Shown here: one piece after another, positions 24,735-38,462 of the stretch
Layout: each line of letters opens with the position of its first letter
How positions within the stretch are numbered: position 1 is the stretch's first letter
NCBI GenBank assembly: GCA_973895155.1
Contig: OZ316894.1
Coordinates: 11,401,892-11,465,891 of the forward strand
DNA from: Marsupella aquatica
Taxonomy: Eukaryota > Plantae > Marchantiophyta
Length of the DNA: 64,000 nucleotides
Reading direction: 5' to 3'
Position numbers and translations under genes: made by a program
The notes under the pieces: generated by a model
Databases searched by the model: none
What the model was told of the DNA's origin: nothing
What the model saw: only the letters and a program-made list of their open reading frames with translations

Positions 24735-24930
24735 TGCAAGTAGAGTTATTTAACAATGTGTGATTATTTGTATATGGATTACTCATTCCTGTTAGGCTAC
24801 GGCTTAGTTCTAGTTAACCCTTAGTTAACCCTTGTGGTTTTTAGGGGGAGACCTGGTTTGGTGATTGTCTAGAACTTCCCGTTGAGGATTCCATATGGTA
24901 GCATTTAGTTCAGTCCCCAAGACAAGAGTC

Positions 24931-24939
24931 AAGGGGGAG
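24931..24939 (+). other. Polypurine tract of the copia element
   Basis: AAGGGGGAG just upstream of the 3' LTR. Confidence 0.9.
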
Positions 24940-24941
24940 TT

Positions 24942-25285
24942 TGTTAGATATTGCTCTAGTCTTGTGACTCATGAGCTAACTACAATTAGTCTAACTCGGG
25001 TTAGGACTTAGCTAATGTTAGTGGTAGTGTTGTTGTTTATATAGCCAGGGCTGATGCCAGACCCTGGTGGAACTTAGGCTCATTGTTACAGAGCTAGTTG
25101 AGAGACAGGGAGAGCTTGTGCTGTGGATGCTTGGTATGGCCGGTCGGCCTAGAGTGCAGTAAAGCTCTTGTGTGTTCCCGTGGACGTAGCCTCATGTGGA
25201 GGTGAACCACGTATCTCTCTGTGTCGACTATTGTGCGTTTGATGGTTCATGGGCTTGCCGTTACGAATGTCGTCTATGCTCAACA
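24942..25285 (+). repeat. 3' LTR of the copia element
   Basis: Direct repeat of 17028-17371. Confidence 0.97.
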
Positions 25286-26056
25286 TCTTGGTAAATGTTA
25301 TAGTAGTTGAAGAGTGTCTTTCTACCCACGGTTATTCCAAAATTTGCTAATTAAATAGAAAACTCATACAATCTATTGAAAAACACTGATAATTCAATCA
25401 TAATTCATCAAAAGGTTATTTTGTTTTCACCCCTTTCTTTGTTTATTTGAAAAGTTAATTTTTCAGTTTTCCATTGTATGTACACTTACAAGGTCTAACT
25501 ATTTTTTTTTTACTTATCTCAAACACACATTGTCTTGTTTGGTACTTTTTGTATAACAAACCCTTCTTGTTTGTGACCAATAGTGCTGATGTGGCAGCAC
25601 GTGCTTCCAGGGATTTGGAAGGAGCTTCCCATGGGGGGCCGTAAAGAATGGGTCGGGGCTAGTATTTACTATTCACCCACATCCCATGTTCTTGTGAAGT
25701 GCTATGCCACACAATTTAGGCTTCCTATGTAGTTTTATGTCACGGTGATTGGCACTATGTAGTAACAGCAAATGATAATTGCACTGCAGAAAGGATTTAA
25801 GGCCACAACGAAGCACACAAGCTCTACACACCCAATACCCCAACTTGTTTGAATGCATTAAACCTATCTGTAAACCTACCTAACCCTACTGACATGGGTG
25901 CTTGATTTGCAAAAATGAAGCACGAGACCTAAATTGATGCACAAAACTATCCTCTGAATCCAAACAAATGCACCAAAAGCTTTGCCCGGTCAAAATCAAC
26001 CAAAAACTTTTTGAAACTTTTGCCAATTCAACCCAAACTTAGTAACTCGAGCTAAA

Positions 26057-26582
26057 TGTTGGATTTAGGGTTGGGACTTATTTGTTCCCATCTCCTTCAC
26101 ACTTGCATCTGCAATGGTCTCTCTGCCATAGCCATAAGGAGCAGGGGAGCAGCGAGGATTGGAAGGATCGATCAAGAAGTAATCAGCATTGATAGGGAGC
26201 AAGGCATAACAGAAGAGAAGGCAAACTCACCAACTATTTTGCTGATGCATCACAAGAGTTTTGAGGGTCACGTGCTCTTTTCTTATCAGGTTATATGTTG
26301 TGGGCTCTTGCTTTCTATCTTTCTATCCAAGTCTTCAGTTGACCAAGTTGGAAAGGCAGGCAGTCTTCTCCGACTCCTTTCAAATTGGAAGGTTGGCAGG
26401 CAGTCTTTCAAACACTTCTTTCCAACAGAGTCACATACTTGCGTTGTAACAGAGTCTAAGTGTTCAGGGGAGCCTAGTACTTTGGTTAAGAGTCATGATT
26501 GATAGAGTTTTGGTTTATGTTATATCAAATACTTATTCTCCATGGAATTGTGATTTATGTTTTGGTAACACTTCTTTCCAAG
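26057..26582. mobile_element. Possible solo/truncated LTR fragment
   Basis: Begins TGTTGG and contains AACACTTCTTTCCAA(CA) twice (about 26411 and 26567), an inverted match to that start. No TSD is recognisable. Confidence 0.3.
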
Positions 26583-26589
26583 TGAATCT

Positions 26590-27362
26590 AACCAAGAAAG
26601 AGGAACTAAAAGAAGTGAGCAAAAGGAAACCCCTAAAAACCAAGAAAGAGGAACTAAAACTACCGCAAATGGACCGAGGTCCTCATCATACCTAGCAAAT
26701 GTGGCAACAAGCTAGTGGTCTACATCAAGTGTCGAAACTAGATCGGCAAGTGGGACAAGAATGTCCTCTAGGGGGACTAGCCGCTGCGGAGTCACACTAG
26801 CACCCACTGTCAGAGATCGACGATAGACGGCCCGAGCTTGAGCACGCTGTAAGGTGACTGAAATGCGTTGGCGAAAATGCGTGGTCAAAACATATAGCGG
26901 GGGCCCGGTGGGACCCATCCGGCCGTGAACATCCCGAGCAGCTTGGCGAAGAAGCCCGTCGAACTAATGATGGAGACGCCCAAATATCTCAAGAGCAAGG
27001 GGCAGGAAGCTATCAGATGAAGCTCGTGCAGCATATTTGGCCTCCTTCGTTGTTGCTGCTCGTGATGCTGCTGCCCCTGCCGTTGTTGCCGCTGTCCCAA
27101 TGATGTCTTGGCGCAATGGGTTTGCCACCACTACATCTGCCAAAGTACGGTGACCTTCACGGACCATGGTAAGATCCACCCGTAACCGCTGTGATGGAAG
27201 ACCAGGTAACTCGAGCACCACCTCCCGCCGCACGCAGACCAAAGAGCCAGAGAGAACCTGAGCAGTCGCATCTCTCACAACGTCATGAACAAAAATGGTT
27301 TCACTGCCCAAACTGCATCGAAAAAGATGGACACCTGTGGCATCACAAAGCTTCCCACAAGT
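26590..27362 (-). mobile_element. 5'-truncated fragment of a second CRE-like (RLE) non-LTR retrotransposon family
   Basis: Minus-strand frames give HDVVRD...RVDL...DVVVANP...KEAKY...FLPLALEIFGRLH and FRQRISVTLQRAQA. These align motif for motif with the C-terminus of the 12200-16140 element (HDNIRD, RADL, DVVVADP, KEEAY, FAVEVFGALH, FRQRVSVALQRAQA). Confidence 0.85.
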
Positions 27363-27668
27363 GCAATGAATGGTGTACTAGTTGAATGACGTACTAGTTA
27401 TTTGGTTGAAGGGTGAACTTCTAATGCAAGTAATGAAATATGCACCTCAAAATGTTATTCAGAATGTTAAAAAATATAGAAAGTACCTAATAAAAACTAA
27501 GTAAATTAAAAAATTTAAAGGGGTTACCAAAAATGATTAAATTCTAAATAATACATGATTAAAACATAGACTAGGTTAAATTAACATAAAAATACATTTC
27601 AATCAAATTGAATGAGACAAGATAGCCAAAGAGTGTCCCCACCATATAACAGCCTAGTAAAAACTTGA
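27363..27668. repeat. Dispersed AT-rich repeat, copy A (inverted relative to 51775-52051)
   Basis: For example ATACATTTCAATCAAATTGAATGAGACAAGATAGCCAAAGAGTGTCCC is the reverse complement of sequence at about 51800-51850. Similarity extends about 290 bp. Confidence 0.88.
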
Positions 27669-29303
27669 TATTTTTTTACACTTCTAACCATGTTTGTCAG
27701 AATATAAACTAAGACTATCATTTTGTTACACATTTCGGCCCCATTAACTTTGTGTCATCAATTCCGGGTTTATGTTATGGCACCCTTCACTTTTGATCTT
27801 GTCTTTTGGGGGCTTAGGGTTATAGCGCTCACTAGAAGGTACACAAGGAGGACGAGAGGCAGAGCAAGAGCTGAAGGATTGATACAGAAAGTAACGTGGG
27901 GGCAAATAAGATAGTTCAGGGGTTACGAGTATCCAGAAAATCATTTAACATTTCCTTACACTAACGTGTTTTACATTAATTCCACCCAATAGTGGGCTTC
28001 AGACAAACCTAATTAGGCACAGAAAAACATAATCATTTCCTGTGTTTTTGGGCAACAGGCGGGCAGAGGGCGGGCCGTCCACTGTCCAGGGACAATCCAG
28101 GGACCGGTGTCCCTGAATGTGATCCAAGGGCTCTTGTGATTGGGAGGCACATTCGTCCAACTGATGATGAATCTGAGTACTGAGATTCTGAGAAACGCTG
28201 TCCTGCCGTTTGGACGTTCTTGTTAGGAATCGAATCCCTCATAGCCTTTTCATCCCCTGTGGGTAATCACAACATAAAAGCCCTCCAAGGTTTATCATGC
28301 ATGGTATGCAGCACTCTTCGTATTTTGTTCGTATTTTGATGTGCAGTTACCGGACCCCTTTTCATCGCCAGACCTCCATTTAAAGAAATGAGGTTCGAGG
28401 CCCTTTCCTTTCATCGTTGTGACGGTTTGGGAGAGTGCTGCATTTGCACCTACGCAGTGTGTGTGAGATGCGTGGTTGCAATCCAGCTCTTCTGCTACGA
28501 GATATTGTAGGTGAATAGCTGCAACATGACGCGAGATCTACGTGTGGAACGATATCGATGCCCGGTTGTCTGCACGGAGTTCAATGATCCATCAAGCTGC
28601 TGCAGCGCTACGGGAAATTGACCTCCACTCGTTCTAGAGAGCTTAACGAGCAAACGGGAGAGCGTAGCTTAATGCTTTACTTTATTTTGCTCCGTTTGCT
28701 CACTCTGATGCAAATCCTGCTCCATTGCTGACGGACCGGCCTACAGATAGCTAACGGAGTCACGGGAGATCGAAGTGTGTGAGACTCTTTGTTGCTCGGT
28801 TTCCAGTACGCTTTTGCAATTCCGGCTTCAGCGCTAACCGGAAATGATTGATCTCCTGACGCTACGGTAGCTTCGGATAGCTTCCCGTGCTGAAGTGATA
28901 GGTGTACAGAGAAGTTGCAGGTAAGGCATTAAGTTGTCCCTTCTTGATAGGGCATTTGGCGAATTTTCTGCTCGGTTCTCTCCACGCCGATGCAGCTCCA
29001 GCTGCTGTGCCATACAGTAGTGGCTGTCTAGGGAGGTACAGCGGCAGCAGTGCTAACGGGAAATTGGCCTTCGCTACTACTGTAGTCTCGATAGCTAACG
29101 GACGAGCGCAGAGAAGCCGTGAGCTGAACCGAACTGTGCTTGCGCAAGAGAGAATGCATAGGGCCGGAGGCAAGCAAGGCGGTTGCTCTTCCTGTTAGGG
29201 AGGAGGGGAGGAGTTTGCGCATTAATTGTGCGTCGAAGGGGAGGGTAGGGAAGGGAAGGGAAGTCGAGGGTGTGGAGGGTGGCGAGGAGTTGGCTCTTTC
29301 ACA

Positions 29304-32300
29304 ATGGTAGAATCGATGGAAGACGGCACGAGAGGACCTCGGAAAGATGTGCACCAGCAGTGGGAGCAGGACCACCCAGTCGCGGTGGATGAGTACGAGC
29401 TGCAGCAGCTCCACCTTGACAAGTCGGCTCCGTATGGGGCCGGCACGGGGAACGGCGTCGCCATGCACGATGCATTGAGTTCCGACGCACTTACGAAGGT
29501 TGACAAGGCGATGATTGAGGCGGGCGGAATTGAGCGGGAGTACGAAGGAGTGGGAGTCCCGCCGTGGAGAGAGCAATTGACCATCCGTGCCTTTTGGGTG
29601 TCTCTCGTGTTAGGAACGATATTCAGTATAATTACTCATCGGCTCAGTTTAAGTGTAGGGGTCATCCCGTCGCTTAACGTTTCGGCTGGTCTCTTAGGAT
29701 TCTTGGCCATCAAAATTTACGTCAAGATTGCTACCCCGATTGCAAAATTGTTCGGGTCTACTGTCAAGCCCTTCACGAGACAAGAGAACACTGTCATTCA
29801 AACATGTGTAGTCGCCTGCTACGGTCTTGCATTTAGCGGTAAGTGACGTTGATGATTGATCAATTTGTGCTGTTAGAGGCAGATCATAACCCTTATTCGG
29901 TACTCCTTAGTCCTCGGCGATTGACTTGCGAGTAGTAGTCTCTCAATTGGTTCTCGGAATGGAGAGGTGGTTCTTAACATGCCAATGATGGCAATCGGCT
30001 CTCAAACCGACTCCCTAGTTTTCAAGACGGAAATAGACATGAAGCACTGCCAATGTGGTAGATGGTTCTGCTCCTTGGACGCTCAAATTGCAGTCTTTTT
30101 CTCTTCTAGAAAGCGGGGCAACTGTTTACGTTGCGTCGTTTGTATCTGTCAAGCTCTGTTAATTTCGGACGCCACGCTCTTCACAAGGGGGACGATCGAA
30201 GGGGTGGGATCATGCATGAAGTGGCAAATTGTTTTTAACGCCTTTGTCCCGATGAGATCTCTCGCAGTGATGTAAATAATTCATTCCTGAAGTCTTACGT
30301 GTTTGATATTTTTCTCGGTTCTTTTCTTTCTGCAGGAGGATTTGGTATGTACTTATTGGGTATGTCCTCTATCGGGAGAAATAAACTCGGAGATACGAAT
30401 GAAGTCAAGGAACTTTCCTTGAAATGGATATTTCCCTATATGCTCGTCATCGCTTTGCTGGGGATATTTGTCTTGGTTCCCCTTCGTAAGGTGTGACCTT
30501 CATCTGGATCTTCCTTCAACCATTTTTAACTTGCTTACACTTTTGGCCCTCCCGACCCAGTCATATGGCAGGATTCTTTGCTACTCTAGTCCACGTTAAT
30601 GGTGATCTTTCCGTCCACTGTCCGTGGTCTTACATGAATTTTTCGGATGCATTCGCTCACTTCTGTTGATGCGTGCTTCTCGCAGGTCATGATAATTGAT
30701 TACAAACTCATATATCCCAGCGGCACTGCGACTGCAGTTTTAATCAACAGTTTTCATACTCCCGCTGGCGCTGCTGTAGCCAAGTAAGTTCTTCTCTCAG
30801 GGACAGCAGTCGTCATCAACAGTTTGATATTGGTCTAAGCTACAGCTGAGAAGATTTGGTAGGCTTTGTCCTGTCGCGGCTTCCTGTGGTTAGCCTCGTC
30901 CTGTTGTCCAGTTACGTCCGTGGTGCGTAGTCCATGGGCGGAACAGAACTGACTGCACGAAAAATAACGTTGGCTTCCATAACAATCGATGGTGTCGACT
31001 GCTTGCGAATGCAGGAAACAAGTGAGATATTTAGCCAAATATTTTAGCATCAGTTTTCTATGGAGCTTTTTCAAGTGGTTCTTTAGTGGCATTGGATGCG
31101 GTTTCGACATTTTTCCGTCTCTGGGGATAAAAGCTTATCAGAACAGGTCGGCTTGATTTCGATTCCTTTGCTGCGTGCATAAAGTCTCTCAGTTCAGATT
31201 TCCTACCAAAGATTTCCTTTTCCGACACGCTGCAATTTCAAATATATATCTTGCAGAGTTATTGGACAGCTTGAATTGCATAGAGGTTGACAAATTTTCT
31301 GTCTGATTCAGGTTTTTGTTTGACTTCAACTTGACCTACATCGGAGCAGGAATGATCTGCCCTCATATTGTGAATTGTTCCATCCTTTTTGGAGCAATCG
31401 TGTCTTGGGGACTTATGTGGCCTCTGATTAGTAACCAAGCCGGACACTGGTATGATTCACAATATATCACGGGGAGCAGTTTCAAAGGACTTTATGGTTA
31501 CAAGGTACTTGAATCTCCCCTTCACGTCGATCTCACACTGAGAAATTTTACCGTTCTTGTCTGTATGTCAACCATTTTGTCTTCCTTGTCTGCCCTTCAC
31601 TGTCGCTTGACCCTTTCCGGTAACCTGTTGACTCGGAAATTCATTAGTTCTGAAAAGCAATGGGGCAGCAAGCAAACCTAAGAAGTCGCCACTAAAGCGT
31701 CTTTCACGATGCACGTGAAACAGGTTAGAGACTGTCGAACTCCCAGGCAATCGCTTTTGATTTTAGAGTTTAGACCTCGAAGACTTACCACCGCCCTAGA
31801 AATTCCTCACTTTACGAGTACAACAACGGCTCCGGTGATATATCTTATATATCCAATCCTGTGCCGGCCATCACAGCCCACATGCAAGTTTCCGCTTTTG
31901 GAGCCTCCCAACTGCACTAGTAGTAGCAGGTTGTGACGGACGAACACGACTGAGGAAATGCTTTTCACGATCTGCTACTTATTTTCTTGTCGCAACGAAG
32001 GACTCATTCTCCACTACACACCGCGAAATTTCTCTCTTCAATTGATCAACACGTCTCCTACTGTACTTTTGCCCATCTCTACATTGATTCGACCATTTCC
32101 TCATTTTGCTGCGTTTTCTCAGCAAGCTCCGCGACGATGTACATAGAGATCTCTCGCTCTCTCTGACCTCTGCCTCTCTGTTTCTCTCGGTGCTGCACTT
32201 TTCTTGCATCGCGGAGGTCCTTGCCTCAACCAGTTGTGGAATTTGTTCCTGACGGAATCTTCTAAATTGCGTATGATGCAGGTATTCGTTGCAATAGCTT

Positions 32301-33367
32301 TGATTCTCGGAGATGGGCTGTACCATTTTGTGCGGGTGACAAGTATCTCCTTCTATGGACTTTATAAGCAATTTCAGACTCGCAATCAGCTTCCAACCTC
32401 AACCCAAGCCGAGAAGGACGAGCTTTTAAGCCCCGACGAACGGATCAGAAACGAAGTCTTTTTTAAGGATGGAATTCCTTATTGGGTGGCTTTGGTTGGG
32501 TACACTATATTGGCTATCATTGCAATTATTGTGATTCCGCAGATATTTCCTTCAGTGAAATGGTACTATATACTTGTGGGATACCTCATTGCCCCTGTCC
32601 TTGCCTTTTCCAACGCTTATGGAGCTGGTCTCACGGATTGGAATTTGGCAAGTACCTATGGGAAGCTTTTTCTGTTCATATTTGCTTCATGGGCTGGACC
32701 ACAGGGTGGAATTATTGCTGGGCTTGCAACTTGTGGAGTTGCAATGACCGTCGTTTCTTCAGCTTCTGATCTTATGCAAGATTTCAAGACGGGTTACTTA
32801 ACTTTATCATCTCCTAGGTCTATGTTCGTCAGTCAGCTGATTGGAGGACTCATGGGGGTAGTTATTGCACCCGCTACCTTCTGGATGTTCTACAAGGGGT
32901 TCCATATTGGAACTCCAGGTAGTATTTATCAAGCTCCCTTCTCTGCAATTTACAGGGCCATGGCTTTAGTTGGTGTGGAAGGCGTCGGCGTCCTTCCAAA
33001 ACACTGTCTTCAGCTATGTTATGCCTGGTTTCTGTTTGCCATAGTGGTGAACATCATTCGAGAAAGAGTTCCTAAGAAAATCTCACAGTACATCCCCCTC
33101 CCCATGGCTATGGCAATCCCATTTTATCTGGGTGCTTACTTTGCTATCGACATGTTTATTGGGACGTGCATAGTATTCGTATGGGAGAGATTGAATAGGA
33201 AGAAGGCAAACACTTTCACCGCAGCTATTGCCTCTGGTTTGATTTGCGGTGATGGGTTGTGGACGATTCCTAGTGCCATTCTCACCTTTGCGAAAGTGAA
33301 TCCGCCAATCTGCATGGCATTCTTCCCTACCAAAGTGGCGCAAGCCCTGAATATACCATTTTACTGA
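29304..33367 (+). CDS. YSL: Yellow Stripe-Like (OPT family) metal-nicotianamine transporter; exons 29304-29838, 30336-30490, 30686-30783, 31015-31146, 31312-31504, 32282-33367; about 732 aa
   Basis: GT-AG splicing gives an open 2199-nt frame with YSL motifs [105 protein letters not shown]. Confidence 0.95.
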
Positions 33368-36300
33368 ACTAGGCTCCGAAAGAGATGGTTCAGCCTTTGT
33401 TTCTTGATCTTTGCTAAGCGGAAAATTTCTGCAGAGGTTTGCCTTGAGTTGTGAAGTGAGGCAACTTTCTGCAGAAATGAGTCGACGAGTTGCCTCGGAA
33501 GCAGTTCCCTTTGAAGCAGCGATGAGCTATCAGACTTGACCAGAAGTTGCAGAGGTTTGCCTCATCCCCGCTCCAAACTTTCTCCAGAAGTTTGCCTTGA
33601 GTTGTGAACTAAGGCTGTTGGATGGGGCGGGGGCAACTTTTGGGGTTTTATCGGAAGCAAGTACATGACGGATTCCACAGCTACCAGCTGGATATGTTAG
33701 AATTGAGCTTTCAGCTCAGCTAGTCGGACTAGTACCCTAGTTATTTTATATCAGCGCGCCCAGACATGTCGTTACGGGTAAGAAGCTGTAAATAGGACCA
33801 GTATGGACTCTTCGAATTGAACGCTCCCTAAGTTTGATGTTTCAACAATTATTATTCTGTCTGGAGACCAGAGGGTTAAGGTTTAGAGTGGTGTAGTTTT
33901 CGCAGGATCCTATCGGTGGAGAACAGAGCCAAGGTTGAAAGTGGATGAGGGTTTGCACGATTCTGTGTATAGAGCGTTAGCTTGCACCACACGGTTTTGT
34001 GTCTTTTTACCAACTTCATCAACCGGTTCGCGTGGTTTAGTGTGAATTTCCTGGTAGCAGAACCTCATTGCCCCATACATAAGTTGCACTTAAGCAGTGG
34101 GGTCCAGGTGACCCCGAGTTGTAGATCAGAGGCTGTTGTCTCGTAGAAAGCTGGATCATTCACTTTGGCTCTTTGAGATCTTCACAGCACTAAAGGAATT
34201 GATCCTTCACCTAAATCTGAGGACTGTTTTTATTCAGGTTGCATGAGCAGCTACGTCTCAACTCTTGTTGCTTTGACGCTTGCTTGGATGGATTCTAGAA
34301 ATGTTGTTGATTCCCCTCGGTCCTGCTTCGTTTACAGCGAAGTGACATGTTGCAGAAATAAAGACGTTTTGCGACATGTCCATTCTCCCTTGCGTTCTAC
34401 TCATGTGAGGCACTGTTTGTCATGCGCTCTTGCCTTGTATTCATTCTACTATTGTGACATACTGTATTTTGTGCTTGCTAAGAATGATTCTAGGGAAGTA
34501 GAGTCTAATGTTTCCGCCGCCCTTGTTGTTTCGTTGCTCTGCTGTACATTTCAAATCTGAAGTTAATAAAACTATGGTCATCTGATAAGAGTAAGAGCTT
34601 CCAATTTAAGTTCTAAACTTATCTCTTAACCAATGGCTCCTTTCAGCACCGATGTGCCTATCTCCATGGCTAAGAACCATAGGAGCCGGTGTGTTTATTG
34701 TTGTTTGCTGGACCTGAACACAATTCCACTAATAAGAGTAGGCGAGTAACAATTTACACCGATGTCATGAGGCCTTTTGCAGTCTACAGCAAGCACTCAG
34801 CCTCTAGTACTCCAACTTGTGGTGGCGATAAACCCATCCCCAAGAGGGGGTTATGGGATGTAATACTCGAGGGGGTTAGAGCCCATCATCCCCACTTGGG
34901 GATGAGTGACCGAGAGAAAGTCCCCAAGTGAATTTTGGAAACCATCTCACATTTGCACTGCAAAGCTGTCATCTGTGGTATGCCACTTGCGCTTTACCTG
35001 GATTCCCATTCAAATTTGAGAATCCCTATAACCATCTCTAGGCATATAAAGAAAAGAATACACAAGGGGTGTACAAGATATGTTTTCTTTCATGTAAAAT
35101 TATGTGCCCTAAACCACTAATTAGCCTGGCCTGGCGATTATCTATTTAAATCTCCGTGCTACTATTGTGCCACTTGTGGGGATCATGGGTGTGACTCTTC
35201 TCAGACATAATTTGTTTAGTATTCACTGCCTTGCTACTATTGAGGACCATGGCAGTGACTCTTCTCAACCATAATCTGCTTAATACCTACTCTAGGGTTT
35301 TCGCCTGGTAACCTGTCCTCTCTTGGCAGGCCATGCTATGGCTTGTTTGTCCAGGATATATCACTGACTGCCATGCTAAGTCCAAGAAATGGGTTCCAAA
35401 CCTGCTTTCAGCACAATTAAACCACTTGAATAGGCTAGGAAGACTTACCCGGTGAGCTTTGGTCTAAGTGCAGATTTCCTATATAGTTATGGCTCGGGCA
35501 AGTTTGGGGCCAGAAATAGGGGTACAAGGCTCATTTGGGGGATGGGAGACCCCCAGAAGCATATATGATGGGAGTGTGGTCACGAGCTTATGCAGCATCT
35601 AAATGATGCTAAAGATAGGAGGGAACAGGCCTGTATGGGAGGTTGGCTGGTTTCTGCATCACCAAACACGAGACACAATCTGCAATCAGACTGTCCGATG
35701 GGATCTCAGAGATATTAAGGTCAATTGCTTCAACAAAGCTAATGAACTTATTGTGAGTATGCCATATGTAGTCAAGACTGCTCACCCTGATGATACTTGT
35801 GAACCTTGGGGGGGGGGGCGGCGGGGGGGGGGGGGGTGATGAATGACACCTTGACATTGAGTAAGGTTGCTTGTTGGTTTGTTTGCTATATTTCTTCCAT
35901 GTTTCTTCAATCTGAACAACATGGGTTCTTGATACCCTCTTCTTGGGTTCAGCTTCAGAATCACAAACACATGCTTATAATTTAATTGGTTCAAACGCAC
36001 CACTCATTACAGTGATGTCGTAGGTTCAGTCCTACTAAGCCCATATTCCATAAGACCAGAGTAATGACCATTCGCCTCCTTAGAAGTAAAATGAATAAAT
36101 GCCACGACACAGTAGTAAACTATTTGGAACTTTCCATTCCATACATTTTGCGCAAAGCACATTTTAGAGCAATGAGTAGCTCAGAAGGATCTGCTTGCAA
36201 AATATGTGAATCTCTAAAATGAGTAGTCTCACTGGTCTGCGTGCGGTGGCTTCTCTTAATAAAGTGAATTTTTCATTGAAAAAACAAACACAAGATTATA

Positions 36301-38462
36301 AATCTACCATAATCATTGCCCCTTCACCATTCCTATAGACAAGTCAATAGTAATATAAATACTATGGGACAGATTCAGTTTTGCAATTAGTCGAGGCATG
36401 AAGGTATATACAGCTTTTCTTCTAGCCTTTTCCGTGGGGCCAATTTATCACAAATCTCTTCTCCGCCACACGGTTTATAATTTTCCGCAGTTTGGGATGG
36501 TTTAGTTCTCTGTAATCTTTGTTTTTCTTAGTATGTCATTTGAGTTACTATGTAATATGGTTTCTTTTAGAATCCCCTTTAGTTTGAACAGCAAGTCTTT
36601 TATGGGAGCAGTGTTTGGATCTGAACAATGAACAAGTTTACTATTTGATTCAGTCTACTTCAAGTGCTTTTTGCTCTTTTTACTAGCCTCCTGTTTAGGG
36701 GCAGTGGTTGTGCATAAATCCGCTGTTCCCGCTGAGTCGGGTCCATTTTTTTGCTTTATGGGGCCTGGCCAATGAAGTGTGCAGCATGCAGAAAATAGGC
36801 GTGCACAGTTTAGAGCACATGTGTTGGGCCAAATTGACGCTGGAAATTCCTTAGAGCCCTTGCTACTCACTTCAAGCAGTATATCTCAGGGATTGGAGAA
36901 TTGGAAGGAAACCAAAGTCTAATCTCAACGCCGACAAATAAAATCCTCAGAGATATGTGATGCTCCCAGATATGTTTGACAAGATCACTGACCCAATTTG
37001 TACAAAAACACTCTTGTTCAACAGTCTTTTAAAAGCTGCTGCCTTCCGGCATCTGTTGTGCCCCCCAAGAAATCATAAGGTCTACACCTCTCTACTTTCC
37101 TGGAGCACCCTCGCAACTAAACACAAGTGCCGGGTCAGTGTGAACCTAAATGATTTATATTTAACCCCCTTTTTCCATGGAAATGTTTGGGTTTAGAAAA
37201 TTAGGAAGGTTCCTTTTTCCCTTGTCAGTACTTCCGTCACCGAATTTGTTTGCTTATGAGCATGGCAGGAACACCTCCAGGCTCAGAACCTTTCTTATTT
37301 AGGCCCCAAGGCTGGACTCTCTACCTTTGATCCAATGAGTTGGGTTCCCAGGGGGAGGGGACGCCCAGGGACAGCTTACCTTTGATCCAACGGGTTCGTG
37401 GGGGGCCTGCACACTGTATGTACCCTTGATCCAAAGGGTTTGGCTCCCTGGGTTGGGTGTGGGGGGGGGAGGGGGGGGCTTGGACCCAAACCCTTCACAA
37501 TTTATTTAGTTGAGGCCGGGGATGTAGGGCGTTAGTACTACAATAAGAATTTTTTTTCCTTTCCCCTGTTTTGTTTTGCCATAAAGCTTACATCATCCGG
37601 GTCCTTTGAATAGGAGCCTGAGAGTCTCATCCGGACAGCTTGTTCAATACAATGCAACCACTCGACTTGCCACCTGTAAACCCTTAGAGGGGATAGTTAC
37701 CCTACACAACCACATTTGCCACATCTTGGATAATTGGGAGTGCACTGGGTGCCATGCCTAGTGACATGCAGGAACAAATCCGATACGTGTCTTCTTGCAG
37801 AACATCGACCTCTCATGAGTCGAGCATAGGAAATCCGAAAGAAATAAAAAGTATGAAACTATAGATCGAAGTAGAGTTTCACTACCAGAGACATTCAGGT
37901 CAGAGCAGTAAACTTCAAGTGCCAATTTTAGCTTAGCTTCTGTGAAATCTAGGAAAATACTTTCCATGCTTGTCCGCATAAACACCGCCTCCTCACTGTT
38001 TACATCACTAGTGAAATCTCAGTAAAACTTGACCATGTTATGATCCGGAAATATATTAAATTCATTTTCTCGTTGGTCATGCACGAAGTAGAATGTCGGT
38101 TCAGAAGCTTCAAGACTATCGTAGTCGACAGAGGACACAAACATGACATCACTGATGATCAATCAAGTTCAGGACTGTTAAATTTTGGCTTAGGGTCGGC
38201 ATAAAAATTGAATCAATAGTCCATGTCCCACACAGGACTGAGGGATACAAGGGGTGCTCTAACAGCTTCAGAATTACCCTCCCGGCATAGGTAACCCTCT
38301 ACTAGGATTACCCTACCTGGCTAGATCTGCATCCGTATAAGTTTATTCGCTCCATTAGTGGTAACTGGGAAACTATGGCCACCTCGCTCTACAGTACACC
38401 GACCTCTAAATCGCTGGTTATATGTTGTCAAAATTGCATCTAAAACAGATCCGTTAAAGCAT

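Larger units (their letters stand above)
17028..25285 (+). mobile_element. Ty1/copia LTR retrotransposon; full-length, inactivated
   Basis: Two 344-bp LTRs with TG...CA ends (17028-17371, 24942-25285), TSD TCTTA/TCTTG, PBS and PPT. Domain order gag-PR-INT-RT-RH is diagnostic of copia. Confidence 0.98.

Noticed and set aside
25590-25670. Possible Helitron 3' end (GC-rich stretch then CTAGT)
   Set aside because: No convincing hairpin stem and no identifiable 5' TC end.
28862-29584. Antisense and upstream ORFs around YSL exon 1
   Set aside because: Shadow frames of a GC-rich exon and UTR with no protein features.
34690-35120. Possible L1 C-terminal relic (LWDVILEG...ETISHLHC)
   Set aside because: The resemblance is too weak to support from sequence alone.
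35806-35837. Long G runs here and at about 45642-45661, and the C/CA run at about 63210-63248
   Set aside because: Simple homopolymer or microsatellite sequence. Length is error-prone and there is no evidence of function.
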